DNA of 64,000 nucleotides, taken from positions 672,001-736,000 of the forward strand of contig CAWBMV010000001.1 in NCBI GenBank assembly GCA_963789955.1. The letters are read 5' to 3'. The position numbers were made by a program, and so were the translations under genes. Numbering within the stretch: position 1 is the first letter of the stretch; each line of letters opens with the position of its first letter. The notes below the pieces were generated by a model, which was given only the letters and a program-made list of their open reading frames with translations, was not told where the DNA came from and searched no databases. This stretch comes from an uncultured Candidatus Rokubacteria bacterium (lineage in GTDB: Bacteria > Methylomirabilota > Methylomirabilia > Rokubacteriales > CSP1-6). This document shows, in pieces, positions 61,417 through 64,000 of the stretch.

Positions 61417-62806
61417 CCGCGCGACGGCGCTACGGAGCCTGCCGTCGGTCGACCAGCTCCTTCGACGGCTCGCGGGCCAGGCCGAGGCCCAGGGGCTCAC
61501 CCGCGCCCGTCTGACCTCGCTCATCCGGGAGACCTTGGATCAGGAACGCGGTCGCGTGCTCGCCGACAAGACCGCGCCGGCGACGGCTGAGCTCCTCGCC
61601 GAGCGGGTCGTCGAGCGCGCGCGCCGGGCGGGGCCCTTCTCCCTGCGCCCGGTTATCAACGCGCAGGGCGTTGTTCTCCACACCAACCTTGGTCGGGCGC
61701 TCCTGAGCCCGCTCGCGCTCGAACGACTCCAGGCCGTCGCCACGACCTATTCGAACCTCGAGCTCGATCTCGTCCGGAAGGAGCGCGGATCCCGCTACAG
61801 CCACGTCGAGGCCGTGCTGCGCCGGCTGACCGGTGCCGAAGACGCCCTCGTGGTCAACAACAACGCGGCCGCGGTGCTCCTGGCCCTCGAGACGCTCGCC
61901 CACGGCCGCGAGGTCATCGTCTCCCGTGGGGAGCTGATCGAGATCGGCGGCGAGTTCCGCATCCCCGACATCATGCTGCGAAGCGGCGCGGTGCTCCGTG
62001 AGGTCGGCGCCACGAACCGGACTCATCCGCGCGACTACGCCGACGCGATCACCGACAACACGGCGCTCCTGCTGAAGGTTCATACCTCGAACTACCGCGT
62101 GGTCGGCTTCACGGCCGAGGTGTCGTCCCGCGAGCTGGTCGAGCTCGGGCGCGAGCGGGGGATCCCCGTGATGGAGGATCTCGGCTCGGGCTCCTTCGTC
62201 GATCTGCGGCCGTGGGGATTTCCGTACGAACCGACCGTCCAGGAAACGGTCTCTGCGGGGGTCGATCTCGTCTCGTTCTCCGGCGACAAGCTCCTCGGCG
62301 GGCCTCAGGCCGGTGTCGTGGTCGGCAAGCGCAGCATCGTGTCGCGTCTGAAGAAGAACCCGTGGAACCGAGCGCTCCGCATCGACAAGTTCACGATCGC
62401 CGCGCTCGAGGCGACCCTTTACGCCTACGAGGCGGGAACGGCGCTGCAGACGGTGCCGACACTCGCGATGCTGACCGAGCCGCTCACCTCGGTGCGCGGC
62501 CGCGCCCGGCGCGTGCTGCGCCGTCTCGCTCCGGGCGTACGACAGCGTCTCGGAGCCGAGGTCGTCGACGATCACGGCATGGTGGGCGGCGGCGCCCTGC
62601 CGACGGTGGAGCTGCCGACCGCGGCACTCGCCGTCGGGACGAGCTCGGATGCGACGATGCGGCTCGACGAGGCGCTGCGTGGCGGCGACCCGCCGGTGGT
62701 CGGCCGTATCGCGCACGATCGTCTCTTCCTCGACTGCCGGACCGTGCTGCCCGCTCAGGTGGGCCTCCTGGCCGAGGCGCTGACCAGCGCGGCGGCGCGC
62801 CTGTGA
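61406..62806 (+). CDS. selA: L-seryl-tRNA(Sec) selenium transferase
   Basis: VINAQGVVLHTNLGRA, VNNNAAA, GELIEIGGEFR, FSGDKLLGGPQ. Confidence 0.96.
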   Translation: MSADRATALRSLPSVDQLLRRLAGQAEAQGLTRARLTSLIRETLDQERGRVLADKTAPATAELLAERVVERARRAGPFSLRPVINAQGVVLHTNLGRALLSPLALERLQAVATTYSNLELDLVRKERGSRYSHVEAVLRRLTGAEDALVVNNNAAAVLLALETLAHGREVIVSRGELIEIGGEFRIPDIMLRSGAVLREVGATNRTHPRDYADAITDNTALLLKVHTSNYRVVGFTAEVSSRELVELGRERGIPVMEDLGSGSFVDLRPWGFPYEPTVQETVSAGVDLVSFSGDKLLGGPQAGVVVGKRSIVSRLKKNPWNRALRIDKFTIAALEATLYAYEAGTALQTVPTLAMLTEPLTSVRGRARRVLRRLAPGVRQRLGAEVVDDHGMVGGGALPTVELPTAALAVGTSSDATMRLDEALRGGDPPVVGRIAHDRLFLDCRTVLPAQVGLLAEALTSAAARL

Positions 62807-64000
62807 GCGCGACGGCCCCGACGCACATCGTCGTCGGCACGGCCGGCCACATCGACCACGGCAAGACCTCGCTGGTGAAGGCCCTGACCGGGACCGATAC
62901 GGATCGCCTCCCCGAGGAGAAAGCTCGGGGCATCACGATCGATCTCGGCTTCGCGTTTCTCGAGGAGCCGGGCCTCACGATCGAGATCGTCGACGTGCCG
63001 GGCCACGAGCGCTTCGTCAGGAACATGCTGGCCGGCGTCGGCGGAATCGACCTGGCGATGCTGGTCATCGCGGCCGACGAGGGGGTGATGCCGCAGACGC
63101 GCGAGCACCTGGCGATCTGCTCGCTGCTGCGGATCAAAGCCGGACTGATCGCGCTGACCAAGGCCGATCTCGTCGAGTCCGACTGGCTCGAGCTGGTTCG
63201 AGAAGACGTCGCCGGCGCCGTGCGGGGCACGTTCCTGGAGGGCGCCCCGATCGTCCCGGTGTCCTCGAAGACGGGCCAGGGGCTCGACGAGCTCCGCGCC
63301 GCGCTCCGCTCGCTTGCCGCATCGGTGCCGCAGCGAGGCACCGACGAGCTGCCACGCTTGCCGATCGATCGCGTGTTCACGGTCCGAGGATTCGGGACCG
63401 TCGTCACCGGAACGCTCACCGCGGGCGTCCTGGCGGCCGACGATCGGGTCGAGGTCTATCCGAAGCGTGCCGAGGCAAAGATCCGAGGCCTGCAGGCCCA
63501 CGGACAGCCGGTGGCCTCGGCGCGGGCGGGGCAACGCACGGCGATCAATCTTCAAGGGCTCGAGCGAACCGCGATCGCGCGCGGCGACGTGGTGGGCCTG
63601 CCCGGCACGCTCGTGCCGTCGACACTCGTCGACGGCACGTTCGAGCTGTTGCCCGACGCGCCGCGAGCCGTGAAGACACGCACGCGCGTGCGCTTCCACG
63701 TCGGAACGAGCGAGATCATGGCGCGCGCCCTGCTGCTCGATCGGGCGGAGCTGGCGCCGGGCGAGACGGCGTTCGCGCGGTTCCGCCTCGAAGCGCCGCT
63801 GGTGGCGCGGCCGGGCGACCGCTTCGTCGTGCGCTCCTATTCGCCGATCGTGACGATCGGCGGCGGAACGTTGCTCGACGTCGATCCGCCGCGCTTCAAG
63901 CGGAAGGGGCCGGCGCTCGTGGCCCATCTCGAGCTGCTCCAGACGGGGAGCCCGGACGCGGTGCTCGAGGAGCACGTTCGCCACGTCGGTTCCGGCGGGG
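62803..64000 (+). CDS. selB: Selenocysteine-specific elongation factor, 5' part (truncated by window end)
   Basis: GTAGHIDHGKT, RGITIDLGF, DVPGHERF, TKAD; follows selA; absent from the ORF track because it has no stop in the window. Confidence 0.95.
   Translation, partial: MSATAPTHIVVGTAGHIDHGKTSLVKALTGTDTDRLPEEKARGITIDLGFAFLEEPGLTIEIVDVPGHERFVRNMLAGVGGIDLAMLVIAADEGVMPQTREHLAICSLLRIKAGLIALTKADLVESDWLELVREDVAGAVRGTFLEGAPIVPVSSKTGQGLDELRAALRSLAASVPQRGTDELPRLPIDRVFTVRGFGTVVTGTLTAGVLAADDRVEVYPKRAEAKIRGLQAHGQPVASARAGQRTAINLQGLERTAIARGDVVGLPGTLVPSTLVDGTFELLPDAPRAVKTRTRVRFHVGTSEIMARALLLDRAELAPGETAFARFRLEAPLVARPGDRFVVRSYSPIVTIGGGTLLDVDPPRFKRKGPALVAHLELLQTGSPDAVLEEHVRHVGSGG

Overview
High-GC bacterial chromosomal window made mostly of housekeeping genes. 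The gene content and 16S style suggest Candidatus Rokubacteria/Methylomirabilota; this is an inference that needs 16S classification. Many single-base frameshifts in essential genes point to an unpolished long-read sequence. Order: pgk(3')-tpiA-secG, peptide ABC transporter, tRNA-Leu, two lipoproteins, then a lipA-nuoA..K-pdhABC-lpdA run with no nuoLMN. Next come three small minus-strand genes, pccB and methylmalonyl-CoA mutase, then an envelope cluster (three FlgT-C-like proteins, TPR lipoprotein, beta-barrel porin with a structured leader). These are followed by hisS-aspS-phoH-ybeY-era-recO-glyQS, PBP1A, tyrS and a complete rrn operon (16S-Ile-Ala-23S-5S). The window ends with a rhomboid, yacG, hppA, dedA, an acyltransferase, an MltD-like protein, MoaD/ThiS, YihY and selC-(3 ORFs)-selA-selB. 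Most notable: (1) a dispersed 66-bp palindromic element in 4 copies at 3 loci that is translated inside YbeY and NuoE and ends in ACAATGACC, supplying the start codons of nuoA and era; (2) a complex I operon without antiporter subunits, joined to pyruvate dehydrogenase and lipA, with a 48-aa NuoD insertion; (3) an uncharacterised outer-membrane gene cluster.
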